A DNA stretch of 64,000 bases from Chiloscyllium plagiosum. Lineage: Eukaryota. Location: assembly GCF_004010195.1 (NCBI RefSeq), contig NC_057718.1:42794523-42858522 (forward strand), read 5' to 3'. Under the pieces are notes generated by a model. The model made no database searches. It was given only the letters and a program-made list of their open reading frames with translations, and was not told the DNA's origin. Below, piece after piece: positions 53,236 to 64,000 of this stretch (positions are counted from its first letter, which is position 1; each line of letters opens with the position of its first letter). The position numbers were made by a program, and so were the translations under genes.

Positions 53236-53820
53236 TTTCCAGGGAACCTAAAAGTGTCAGCTGTGTGATGTTATTTACTTCCCAGTTTTCAGATCTGATG
53301 AATCTACACCCAAAATAATTCTGTTTTTTGATTTTTATGTGAAGCATTGATATTGTATTCTGCTTGAATTTATCAACTTGTGTGCAGTAGATTTTTGCAG
53401 CATCCTGCAGTACCAAATGTTGTCACTGCCCACATTAGTCATTGTCAGAATTGCCTTTTTGGAGAATGGATGGGCTGGGAGGAATGTTGTTTTGGTCAGT
53501 CAATGTCAAGGAAGATGATATTAGTTAGTGGCATAATGACATTGAACTGTTTTTGACGAGCTCTGGTTACAGACTGATGTTAGTTGCCTTTCATTTTTGC
53601 ATGGTCTTTAATAGCACTGTGTTATTTGGATCAAGGCTGAAGGCCTTCAACTACTGGTAGTTTCATTTAGAGTAGCATGACTGATATAATTGGTGTTCTT
53701 TTATATATCAGTCAGATTCCTTGTTCAGACAGATATCTTGAAGTTTATTAACAACACTAAACGCTTACATGGCTCCTATTTCACAGATTTACACACATCA
53801 TCTGGATTCTAAATTTATTG

Positions 53821-54037
53821 ATTTGAGAGTGTGGTGCTGGAAAAGCACACCAGGTCACGCAGCATCCAAGAAGCAGGAGAATCGACGTTTCAGGCAAAAC
53901 TTACCAGAATTCTGATGAAGGGCTTTTGCCTGAAACGTCAATTCTCCTGCTCCTCAGATGCTGCCCAACCTGCTGTGCTTTTCCATTACCACACTCTCGA
54001 CTCTAATCTCCAGCATTTGTAGTCCTCACTTTCACCC
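53821..54037. mobile_element. Fold-back family A mini-element
   Basis: 13-bp TSD TCTAAATTTATTG at 53808-53820 and 54038-54050; arms about 53825-53899 and 53924-53998. Confidence 0.88.
53906..53945 (+). ncRNA. Minimal type-I hammerhead ribozyme, best-formed copy
   Basis: Stem I AGAAUU/AAUUCU (6 bp), CUGAUGA (53912-53918), A, stem II GGGC-UUUU-GCCU, GAAA, CG, UC; predicted cut after C53939. Confidence 0.78.
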
Positions 54038-54883
54038 TCTAAATTTATTGGTGTTACTGGACATTATACACACATGTAACTGACTAATTTAATACATTAC
54101 ACTGACTCCATGATACATAGAGTGTGTCTAAAGTTGAAGAAGGTACATTTATACCAGAACATCACATGTTGTGGTATCATGTAACCATCTTAAAAGTACA
54201 GGCCTGACTGGTCTGGAATCTGTACCATGATGCAACAGTTGCAGAGTATAGCAGGCAACCAAGATCCAGGACATTGGTGGGTTGTATTTCAATAATTCAC
54301 CAGACAATAGAAGTGCTTTTTCAGTAGCCCGTTCCAAAAATGGTGACCAACCTGCTGTTGGTCATCTGTTGAAAGGTATTAGTGCATGTGTGTCATGCAT
54401 ATGCTGGGAACATGCAGAGTGACAGGATGTAACACCACTCAGAATGCAACTCTGATTTGGTGCTGGACTTGACATTTGGATCACACATGTCCTATCAATG
54501 CCCTCATGAGAACCCTGCCTGTTTTATTTCAAAGCCTTAGCAGGGGCTTCTTTCGAATTAAAAAGATGGTTACAGTAAAGAACAGGGTCCCTTAATCCTG
54601 ACATGTCCTTTGATTTATTAGGACCTTGTATGTGTGAAGAGGTTTTCCCTCCTGTTACCATTTATTCTTCTGCCATTCACTTTAAAATGGTGTCCTCCAC
54701 TTATCAATCCTTCTATCAATGGGAAATGTTTCACCCTATCTATCTTCCAAAAGCCATCATCATTTTCCATACAGCTAGTGGATTTAATCTCAGCTTTCTC
54801 TTCTCTAAGGAAAACAGAATCAACTTCTCCAGCCCATCTACACAGCTGATGAATCTCATTCTGGGGTAATTCTCACATATCTA

Positions 54884-55224
54884 TAGATTCCCTACAGTGT
54901 GGAAACAGACCTTTTGGCCCAACAAGTCCACACCAACCCTCCAAAGAGTATCCCACCCAGACCCATTCCCCCTACCCTATAGTTACTCCTGACTAAAAGG
55001 CCTAACTTACACATCCTGAACACTATGGGCAACTTAGCATCGCCAAATCACGTAATCTGCACATCTTTGGATTGTGGAAAGAAACCGGAGCACCTTGAGG
55101 GAACCCACATAGACACATGGAGAATGTGCAAACTCCACACAGACAGTGTCCCGAGGCTGGAATCAAACCCAGGTCCCTGGCACTGTGAGGCGGTAGTATT
55201 AACCACTGAGCCACTGTGCCGCCC
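54884..55224 (-). mobile_element. HE1-type SINE, full length
   Basis: Reverse strand of GGGCGGCACAGTGGCTCAGTGGTTAATACT...GGTTTGATTCC...; tail CCACACTGTAGGGAATCTA. Confidence 0.9.
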
Positions 55225-55364
55225 CATTGTACTCTACTCCTTTGCCTTCATTCTCCTCATTAATGTGGTTCACAGGTTTGAACACAATGGCCTGGATTTT
55301 CATAGAGACAGCAGACTCTGTGGCAGGTGAAAGAGTGTCACATTGTGAGCCTGACTGACTATGA

Positions 55365-55860
55365 TAACTTGTGTGAAGAATTACACCGACAACTGATTTA
55401 GGATTGTCAGTTGGGCTTGGAGTATGACACAGTTTTGTGTACTAGATTCTATACATATTAGTACACAAGGCCTCATTCTTGATAGATAGAAGGAACATCA
55501 ACACACATTGCCTGTTTCAACTCAACAAAATAGGTAACAGCCATTTGTTTGTTCATTTCTCAAGACAGTGCTCTGACTACTCAGTCAATCTGCCAGGCTT
55601 AAAATGTAAGCAAAGCATTGTAGTGATCTGTTAACATCATTTATTGATACATTCTCCATGGCACTGACTCTCCCAAGCAGAGTCCACTTGTCCATGTGCT
55701 AATCAGCATATTCCTTTCACACAGTCTAAATATTACTGTTCTCCTTGAATTGATATTCTTGCAAATTGTCTGGATGAGTGCAATATGAAAAGTTTTCACA
55801 ACATGTCTCTTTTTCAACAATAGTCAAGTTCTGTATAACCAAATGACTATTTGTAAAACT
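55365..55860 (+). mobile_element. Old Penelope-like 3' end with decayed hammerhead (family D)
   Basis: FRIVSWAWSMTQFCVLDSIHISTQGLILDR*KE resembles the GIY-YIG C-terminus; TTGTC-TGGATGA-GTGCAATAT-GAAA-AGTTTT-CACAA at 55766-55801. Confidence 0.5.
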
Positions 55861-56289
55861 CTTTATCTTGTGTGAATAAATATGGTACAATTGGCAAAAG
55901 CGATCAGAGACTCAGAGCTGTCAATCAAGCCAAGTTTCTTTTATGGGGATCAATTGTTTCAACAGTCTAATGGAGACCTGGGATTTCAGCCAAGAATTTG
56001 CAAAGCACCTTGGAACATTTCATAACTTTAAAAGCATCAAATAACTATAAGTTGTTATTGTTTTCTGAGCAGAGTTAGCAGACATATGCATGTTGTGTTG
56101 GAAAGAATTCTGAAAAACTGTTGGAGACAGAAGGAAGTGGTGCTGATTTTTCCCAAAGAGATGCCATGTTGTTTCAAAACCCAACAGCTTACCCAAAGTC
56201 CAGAGGGCTATAATAGGTATCTTCCCTGGGATGCAACATGACAGAAAAATGTAATACATGCAGCAGTGAGAGTACACAGAGGAATGAGG

Positions 56290-57130
56290 ATTCTCTGTAG
56301 AAGGTTATACTGACCTAAGATTTTTCAGGAGCATCTTGTCTGCCTTCACCTCAGCAATAGCAGTGTCTGAGGAAGACACAATTCACAGTGAGGTGACAAC
56401 TGAACTATATCATCCCCTTCAACTAATGTGCTGTTGCAGGAGAGTAAGGACAGTACTGACAGTGGCCACGAGGTCACTGTTTCATCAATTCTAATACCAG
56501 TGGAACTTTCAAAACTACAATAGGCTCTATTGCCAACTATTCATAAGTAGGTGTGCACCAATGTATCAGGTAGATAACAGCAATGCAAAAAAAGCATTGC
56601 AAGATCTTTTCTCTGACCAGTAGGAACTGGGAGGAGCATTCATGTGCCTTTGTCAGTATTGGGGATTTCCTGAGATACGGGCCTCTATTGGCTGCATGCA
56701 TATGGCTCTGGGGTGTTGCACGTCAATAATGAAATGATTGGATCTTCAAGATCCATTAAAGAGTAACTTACTCTGCACTTGTGCAATGACACTCCTCAAC
56801 CACCAGATCAATTTGTTATGGCATGCATGCAATAGGAACCATTTTGGTATCAGGCTCATTCTGGATCAAATCACTGCCATCTAAAACAATAGTTCCATTG
56901 TCTGGAATATTTAGTAAATTTGGGAGGGGTGTTGTGCAGGATGCCCTCCAATACATGGAGAGAGTGTCACCAGATTGGTGGTGGATTGCTGTATGCTTGA
57001 CAATATGACTGTCAGGTGAACACACCCTTTGCTTTTGTTGAGGACTTCAGGAGAAGGAGGGGATGATGTTTTTGGAACCTAGCACTGTGGGCTGAGCAAT
57101 TCATGAGTGGTTAATCAGATCACAGTTCCA
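56290..57130 (+). pseudogene. HARBI1-like Harbinger transposase remnant
   Basis: Colinear fragments across frameshifts: QCLR, VTTELYH, SGTF, GVHQCIR*IT, GFPEIRASIGCMHMAL (cf. GFP.V.GAIDCTH), DALQYMERVS (cf. G.LQY.P..VS). Confidence 0.7.
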
Positions 57131-57899
57131 TTAAAATCGCTGCCTATCTCTCCATAAGGAAATCCATGCTGCAGGCATCATGGCTGAACATTAGTGTTTA
57201 AAGGGGCTCTCACAACAATCCAGCAAGCTGTACTCCAGCATCATGTGGGATAGTGACAGTGTCTCTTGACTCCATGGAACATGAGCTTGCTGTTCTCTCT
57301 CAGGGTGGTGGCATTTATATTCTGACCACTGTCACTCTGTCAATGTCATTGTTGTTGCCTGACAGCTAGTTAACCCAGATCTTGCTGTCCTTGCTGAGGT
57401 GCTACAGTGTAACTCAAAGCTCCTGGTATTTGTCCTTCACTACTCTTTGTGGTCTCTGGACAAAGTGGATGTTGTGATCATTCAGGAGTGAAGTTAATCC
57501 CTCCAGCTCCAAAGTAAGATTGAAGTTACTTAAAAAATACTGACCCCATAGGTCAAGATGATCCGTGACAATGTCTCTGATTTGTCAACTTTCTCACACC
57601 ATATGTTATCATCTTTGTGGACAAGGCATTTTGACTGAAAGATTTTCTCAAGAAGGATGTCCCCTCTGTGCAGCAAGACAACCACCAACACAATGTCAAT
57701 CCTCTGAAGCAGGTTCTGTCAGCAAAATCCTGTCTACTGTAATATTATGACACCAAGAAAACCTGGTTCTCAAAATGGATGCATTGCCAAAAAAAAACGA
57801 AAGCAGTTTACAAAATGAGGAACCTGTTGTTTTACTTTTCAAAAACCCTGTCATCTATCCAGGCCAACAATTCCAATATACAGCATGAAATTTTAGCTC

Positions 57900-58800
57900 A
57901 GTTATTCAGCATCAGATGGTTTCTCTGATAGCTATCTTTCAAGAAATTCTCCATTGACACAGATCATTAGGCCTTAGAGATAATATGCCACTAGCCGCTA
58001 ATGAGTACACCAGCACATTTCCGGCATTGTCTTGTCAAGGTGCAAGGATGTGACATTGAAGTGGCACAAGCTAGGTGCCAGGATAGTTATTAAAATAAAA
58101 TGATGAATTACAGATGCCGATGATCTGAACAAAAACAGGAATTGCTGGAGAAACTCAGTAGGTTCTGCAGCATCTGTGGAGAGAAAACAGACTCAGTGTT
58201 GATCTGGGTAACCCTTATTCAGTCCTGATAAAATTTCAAATACACTGCTAAATTTCCAACCCAAAGACGACACAAAGTCTAAGATATTCCTGTTGATCTA
58301 TATGTTGATGCTCTGGACTATGACACTAAACGTGTCCACTAGGTAGATCTGTCACTCTTTGGCCAGCGTCAGTGAGAACAATTGTGATGGTCTGACAGCA
58401 ATAAACAAAATCTGAGAAGAGTCATTCACTTTGGCCATACAGAGATGCATTTGACATACGCACAACATGTCATTTTCAAGAAAAAAGAAGCCCTAATCTC
58501 AAAAGCATTCCACCAAGGAATCATGTCTATGTTACACCAAGTCGATTGAACACACAGGATGGCTACCATGTGAACCAGGGCCCAGGCCAAGGATGAAACA
58601 GGATATTCAACAATTTGTGAATGCATGTGAGGCATACCAAATGCAGCAACCCAGCAATGGAGGGAGCTTCTACACTCATTCAATGTCCCATCCATTCCTT
58701 TGACAAAATTAGCAACAGATCTTTTTATCGTGCATGGTCGAGGATACTTTTAAGACACCATTATGTCAGCATGTCTTTAAGAGACATTCACAATATTATC
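57900..58800 (+). mobile_element. Decayed Gypsy RNase H/integrase remnant with a nested family A-related fragment (about 58095-58225)
   Basis: TDH*ALEII (RNase H); IMSMLHQ...PRMKQDIQQFVNACEAYQ (HHCC-like); VPSIPLTKLATDLF (integrase core start). Confidence 0.7.
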
Positions 58801-59313
58801 ATTGTATCTCAGCATGTAACCTGAGGATATAATGATCTCATACTTCAACTTAACCTCTGATCACTTGAAGGATAACAAGCTAATGAAAGCATGCTGCTCT
58901 GTTGTAATCTAAGAGTTTGATGTTAGCCAAGACACTTATGTGGATGTGAATGTAATATTTGTATATCATTGTTTGTACTAAAAATCTGTTGGATTCTTCC
59001 AGACAACAATACCCCATGCCCAGTTTATGCTACAAAGGATAACACAATTATCACCATATCAGGCAAAATACCCTAATACACTCACACCAGAAGGCATATT
59101 CATTGACCTTGCTCACTTGGGTTAAGTCATTGAACCTTATGCAACACTGCAGCTAGACCCTCAGTGTGAAACCCCTGAAGTGGACCTTTGTGGATACTTG
59201 CTCTCATTGCCGTTGCATTGTTTGCATGATAGAGTTTCCTGGCCTCTGTGGGAACATCACTTCTCTCCAGATGCATTACTAAGATCTCAAACGTTGCATC
59301 TGAGAACCTGGGA

Positions 59314-59342
59314 GCTCTCTCTCTCTCTCTCTCTCGCTCTCT
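59314..59342. repeat. (CT)n microsatellite
   Basis: CTCTCTCTCTCTCTCTCTCTCTCGCTCTCT-type run. Confidence 0.9.
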
Positions 59343-60500
59343 GACTTGCTGCCCTACTGGGACTCTTATTTACTGAAACACTGTCAGGGTTGGATCTACC
59401 AACTGCTGCTAACTGCACTCCTCTTTAAAAATGTAGGCAATCTTTAGGAAATGCAAGCCTGCTTTACACCTCATGTGCCAGCATGCATCAGGACTCACCG
59501 CTGAACATGCAACCAGTCACCAGCATGCTTTGCATTGGACTGTACGCAACAGTCATCAAGATGAAATGATAGTGTAATGTTTGCGTGCTGCCTGCTCCAT
59601 TTCAACCAAGTGCAAAGTTGTCAGGCATAATGATTTCTGGGCCTGTAAACCAGTACTACACAACTTTTAATTTGTTTGCTCTTGTTTATAAAGTGTCATT
59701 GTGGTTACTACATTCCTAGAATAAACAGTTAGGTCTAATTTGTGCTTTACACTTTCATAAAGATGTCCAAATGATTAAAAAATGATATAGACAACACTAT
59801 TATAGCTGGCAGAGATAATTGTACAAAAGAAAATTCTTTTTTTTTTGATGTTGCAATTACATTAATGATTCAGTACAGATTTCTGAATGGCATTACATGA
59901 ATCTTAAGGCTTGCCTATAGTATAGATTTATTCTGTCTTAAGATAGTTGATCTCTGTGAGATAGCAACGTTGTCCACTCTGAAGGGAGGAAAACTGATCA
60001 GCAGAGTGACAATCAATTGAAGTATAGCTGATCACTGAGCAGCCCTGTAAACCACACATCCCCAGGCTACAATGTCATAATAAAAAGATAAATTAGCCTA
60101 GGTCACCTATTACTTCATTATTTTCTGCTCCAGTTGAATTTCCACAACAAAGATACTCTGATTTGTGATATTTGTTGGTATGTATTATTCTACACCTTTC
60201 AAAATTGTTTCTTTTACCTCATAAATCATGAAATTCCATTCACAGGAGGGCAACTTTATCCCAAATTTCTGTCAGTGTTGTTTCATAAGTTTGAGTAGGG
60301 GTGATGATGAGAGAGTTGCTCTGTGATTTTCCTACTTCCCATTTCTGGTGTAGCTAAAACTTGGAATTTGTGAAATCCTGGAGCTAATCTCTGTATGTCA
60401 TGTCACCATGGACTGGGTCACAAATATACTGCGCCTACCTACCTGGTCTTTTGTAACGTGCTAAAGAGCTCCATCTATATCACAGATAGTGAGGAGATCC

Positions 60501-61588
60501 AGTTATTGTTAATTAATTCATGAATGTATGTAAATGATCATGTTTGGACTAAGATACATTCTTCTTGCCTGGTCATGCTCACATAAGAACATAGGAGGGT
60601 CATTAGCCCTCAAGCCTGATCTATCAATTCAATGAGTTCATATGATCTGTGACCTTTGGCTAATGAAGTTAGTAATCACAGATTTATTTGTGAAATAGAT
60701 TTCTAATCTTTCAACACCCTTTGCATGTCGAAGTGAACAATCTGCCTCTAAACTTTAGACAAAGCCATTTAGGCCTGGACTCCTCAGCCAGTAAAAATAG
60801 TATCTCTCTATCCATCCTTTCAAGTCCACTTAATGCCTTGAAAGTTTTGATTGAATCACTCATTAATTTTCTACATTCCAGGGAATACAACACTACTAGG
60901 TGTAATCTATCTTCATAACTTAACCCTTGGAGACAAGGTATCATTCTGGTAAATCTACACTGCACTACTTCAAAGGTCACCATATCGTTCCGATGGTACT
61001 GTGCCCAGAGCTGCTCACAGTACTCCAGGTGGGCTCTAACCAGGGATTTGTAGATCTGTAGCATAACATCTATCCCCTTGTGGTGCTTGTATTAATTAAT
61101 ATTGATAAAGGTCAAGAATTTGCAATTTTGGCAGAAACGGTGTTGTCCTGACCCAGTGAAGGGGCCACCTGCAGTTTGACTGATGTTACTTATGTGTTCT
61201 GGAATGACTTATACAGATGTGGAGAGAAGATTTTTTATGCTGTATGTACAATGATTTTCTATTAATAACCCTATCCCTGATAAAAATGTGTGCAGATCAT
61301 TAGATAGGAAATGACAATAGTCTGTACAGCAGATCATATGGAGTTGAGGCATCAAAGATAATACTGGCCTTGGATAAAAACAGAAAATGTTGAAACACTC
61401 AGCAGGTCATACAGCATCTGTGAAAAGAGAAACAGGTAACATTTAGGCTGATGATCTTGTATATGTGCTGATATGTCCTGATGTGGATTCTAAGGTGGTG
61501 GCTAGTTATTGTTAATTAATTCAGGAATGTATGTAAATGATCATGTTTGGAGTAAGATACGTTCTTCTTACCTTGTCATGCCCACATA
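60501..61588. repeat. 85-bp direct repeat pair (60501-60585 and 61504-61588)
   Basis: AGTTATTGTTAATTAATTCA...CACATA twice; 6 mismatches counted, no indels. Confidence 0.93.
60582..61080 (-). mobile_element. 5'-truncated CR1 3' end
   Basis: ORF 60711-61064 (YKSLVRAHLEYCEQLWAQ...RFTRMIP); tail CATAAGAACATAGG. Confidence 0.9.
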
Positions 61589-64000
61589 TCTTGACTGGTA
61601 ATGTCAAGATACCTAAGCATCAAGCTTCTGTTATTATATCTAACTTTAGTTATGCTGTCTGTTCAGAACCATAATACTGTTATCCCGCTCATCTTTCATT
61701 AGGTTCCACATTAAAGGCAATGAAAATCAAGAAATTATGAAGTGCACAAAAAACTTCAAGAATGAAGTTCCATTCAATGTAAAATTGCATGGAGCAAAAT
61801 GCAGCCAAATGTGCATAAAAGCTCAAACTAACACAAAAGAAGCATAAACCAATGATCCTCTAAGAAGCCCCAAAAACATCAAACAAGGAACAAAACAGAT
61901 CTGGTGCAGCCACATTGTGAAATTCCACCCAGGTCACTCAGAACCACAAATCTGCAAGTCTCAAATAAAACCTATAATTTAGGCTGCAAAATTGTACAAT
62001 CAGAGTCTTAGATAGGTCAAAGTGTCAATTGTGTAAAAAGCCATATTTGTTATACTATAATGATTACTATCTGGTACTAAATTTCCTTATTGTTGAAAAG
62101 CTATATATTTTTGTATGTGATATATTTTAGCATAAGCAAAGCAATAAGAAAGCTACTCAGTTTTGTTAGAGTATGGCAATATCCTTCAAGAGTGCTTTAG
62201 TTCACCTCTGTATAGCTGGGGCTTTCTCTCTTAACCAAGTGATGTTTAACGGAAATTATAAGTGTGTGGATATCAGGTGAAGTTAGAACTAGATTCAGAA
62301 TGTTGCTTCCATGCTCATTTAGTAATATTCATTGTAAAAATTAAAACAAGGAGGATAGTGATGAGGCTGAATTACCAGAGGGTGACTGAATTTGATCCTT
62401 GGTTTGTACAAATTAACTGAGATTATGGAATCATAAAACAGCATGTGGTCAGCACTTCAAGAAAATAAGGGAGAAAATTGAAAAAAATATATGAATTTGC
62501 TTTGAAAACCTTTCAGAGAACTCAGACTCAAGAACACAGCTTTGATTTTCCTTCAAACTCAGCTACCTTCTGTGGATGATTTTCACAGGGGAACAATCAA
62601 AGATGAAAATAATTTGTATTGCTTTTGTCAGAACAGATGATTCACTGAGGATTGACAATGCTATAGAAAGAAATATCATCCACTTGTCTGAAAATACACT
62701 TCTAAGTGAACTTATTTTTTTTTAATCTGTTGATTTTCTTTGGATGATTTTCATTCGGCTGCAGATTTCAACCAAGAAAAATAATCTGTAAATTATTACA
62801 GGTGGAGTCAGTCAATTTTAGGTATCCTTTCGAACACTTTTATTAGGAATTGGGTAACACAGGTGTTGAATTTTATATATTGTAAATATACTAACCTATT
62901 TTCTGTATAAAATTATAAAGCTAATAAGAAATTACACAGAAAAATTGAAAACTCAACTCATATAGCAACAAGCAGACAGGGTATAAGAAAATCTTTATTT
63001 TCCTTTTTCTAGCCAATCTATTTGATAGCAATGCTTCAATGGCTGTCATAAACTTGGCAGTAGAAAGTATCTCCATCCTGCTATCACTTTTATTGGGCAT
63101 AAATCACTCTTGGTTAGAAGTTTTATGCCCAAATCCGTTTACTGTCCTTGTTCGTAGTCTTTAAATTAATATTTATAAGCTGTTCACAGCACAGAGAGCT
63201 GCAGCAGTATATTCTTTGCTCGAGTTTAGTTTGTGCTGAATTCCCTCCTTGACCACTGACTCTACTTAATTACTAATAACCCCTTTTCACTCATTGTCAT
63301 TCATTGTCGCCCCCAACACACAAATCATAGCTTTTTGTGTTGTTTTAGCAGGAGGGACCTGAACTTTAGTAAAGTGTGTGGTGTAATTTATATGAGAAAT
63401 AGCTAAGCATTGATGCATGAAATAGAAGGTATCTTAACCACTTTATCACCTCAAGAACAGAAGTCTGAGGTTTGGGAATCTCATGTTTACTGTAAAATGA
63501 GTTACCTTAATAGAAGGCATCACCTTGATATTATCAATAGGAACCAGTGAATCTACTACATTTTATAAAGCCACCTAACCAATATCTGTGCAGCATATGT
63601 TTCCACAGAGACTGTGTTTGACTGAAATTGTTTTTCATCTATTTGTGAATTAAATAACAACTGTAGGATATGCAGATCTTTCATCAGTATGGTTTGATTG
63701 CTTTCTTTTTACAGCAAACATTTACTATAACTGTAGTGAGTTCAGAGACCCTGGCTGCCATAGTGACTACGAGCAAAGAGGCTGGTTCATGAAATATTGT
63801 TGATTCATGACAGGGAGGAGAGGAGAGTGTCTGCTTTTGAAAGCTTTTTATATTGCTTAACAAGAATGGATTCCCTGATTCTTCCCTCTAAAATTCTGGA
63901 TATAAAGATACTTGCCTTGAGGTTATTACATGCCTGAAAGGAAATTTTTAATGTAAATTAGAGGAATTACAGTGGTATGGAATAAGCAGATAATCGTGTT

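Noticed and set aside
224..61064. Most ORF-track entries as protein-coding genes
   Set aside because: They are short, often start at non-ATG codons, and are either antisense or frameshifted pieces of transposons or chance frames. No coherent exon chain was found.

Overview
Eukaryotic genomic DNA, AT-rich and dominated by repeats. The repeat families (HE1-type SINEs, CR1 LINEs, Deu-domain SINEs) point to a cartilaginous fish, most likely a shark; this is an inference from remembered repeat consensus sequences. I see no intact host gene, so it reads as a large intron or gene desert. It holds decayed CR1 and other LINEs, SINEs, Gypsy gag-pol and integrase remnants, a solo LTR, PIF/Harbinger remnants and several candidate conserved non-coding elements. 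The main signal is about a dozen minimal type-I hammerhead ribozyme motifs (CUGAnGA-N-stem II-GAAA-palindrome-UH) in at least four sequence families. They sit in the terminal repeats of a GIY-YIG Penelope-like element and in short (~200-750 bp) non-coding fold-back elements with 9-14 bp target-site duplications, often with one ribozyme per strand. Most copies are broken at CpG sites of the core. Other oddities are a near-perfect 300-bp local inverted copy starting inside one of these mini-elements, an 85-bp direct repeat around a chimeric CR1 insertion, a three-level nested insertion, an LF-SINE-like relic and a possible exonised Harbinger Myb fragment. Coordinates of decayed repeats are approximate, and family names come from recall, not a database search.
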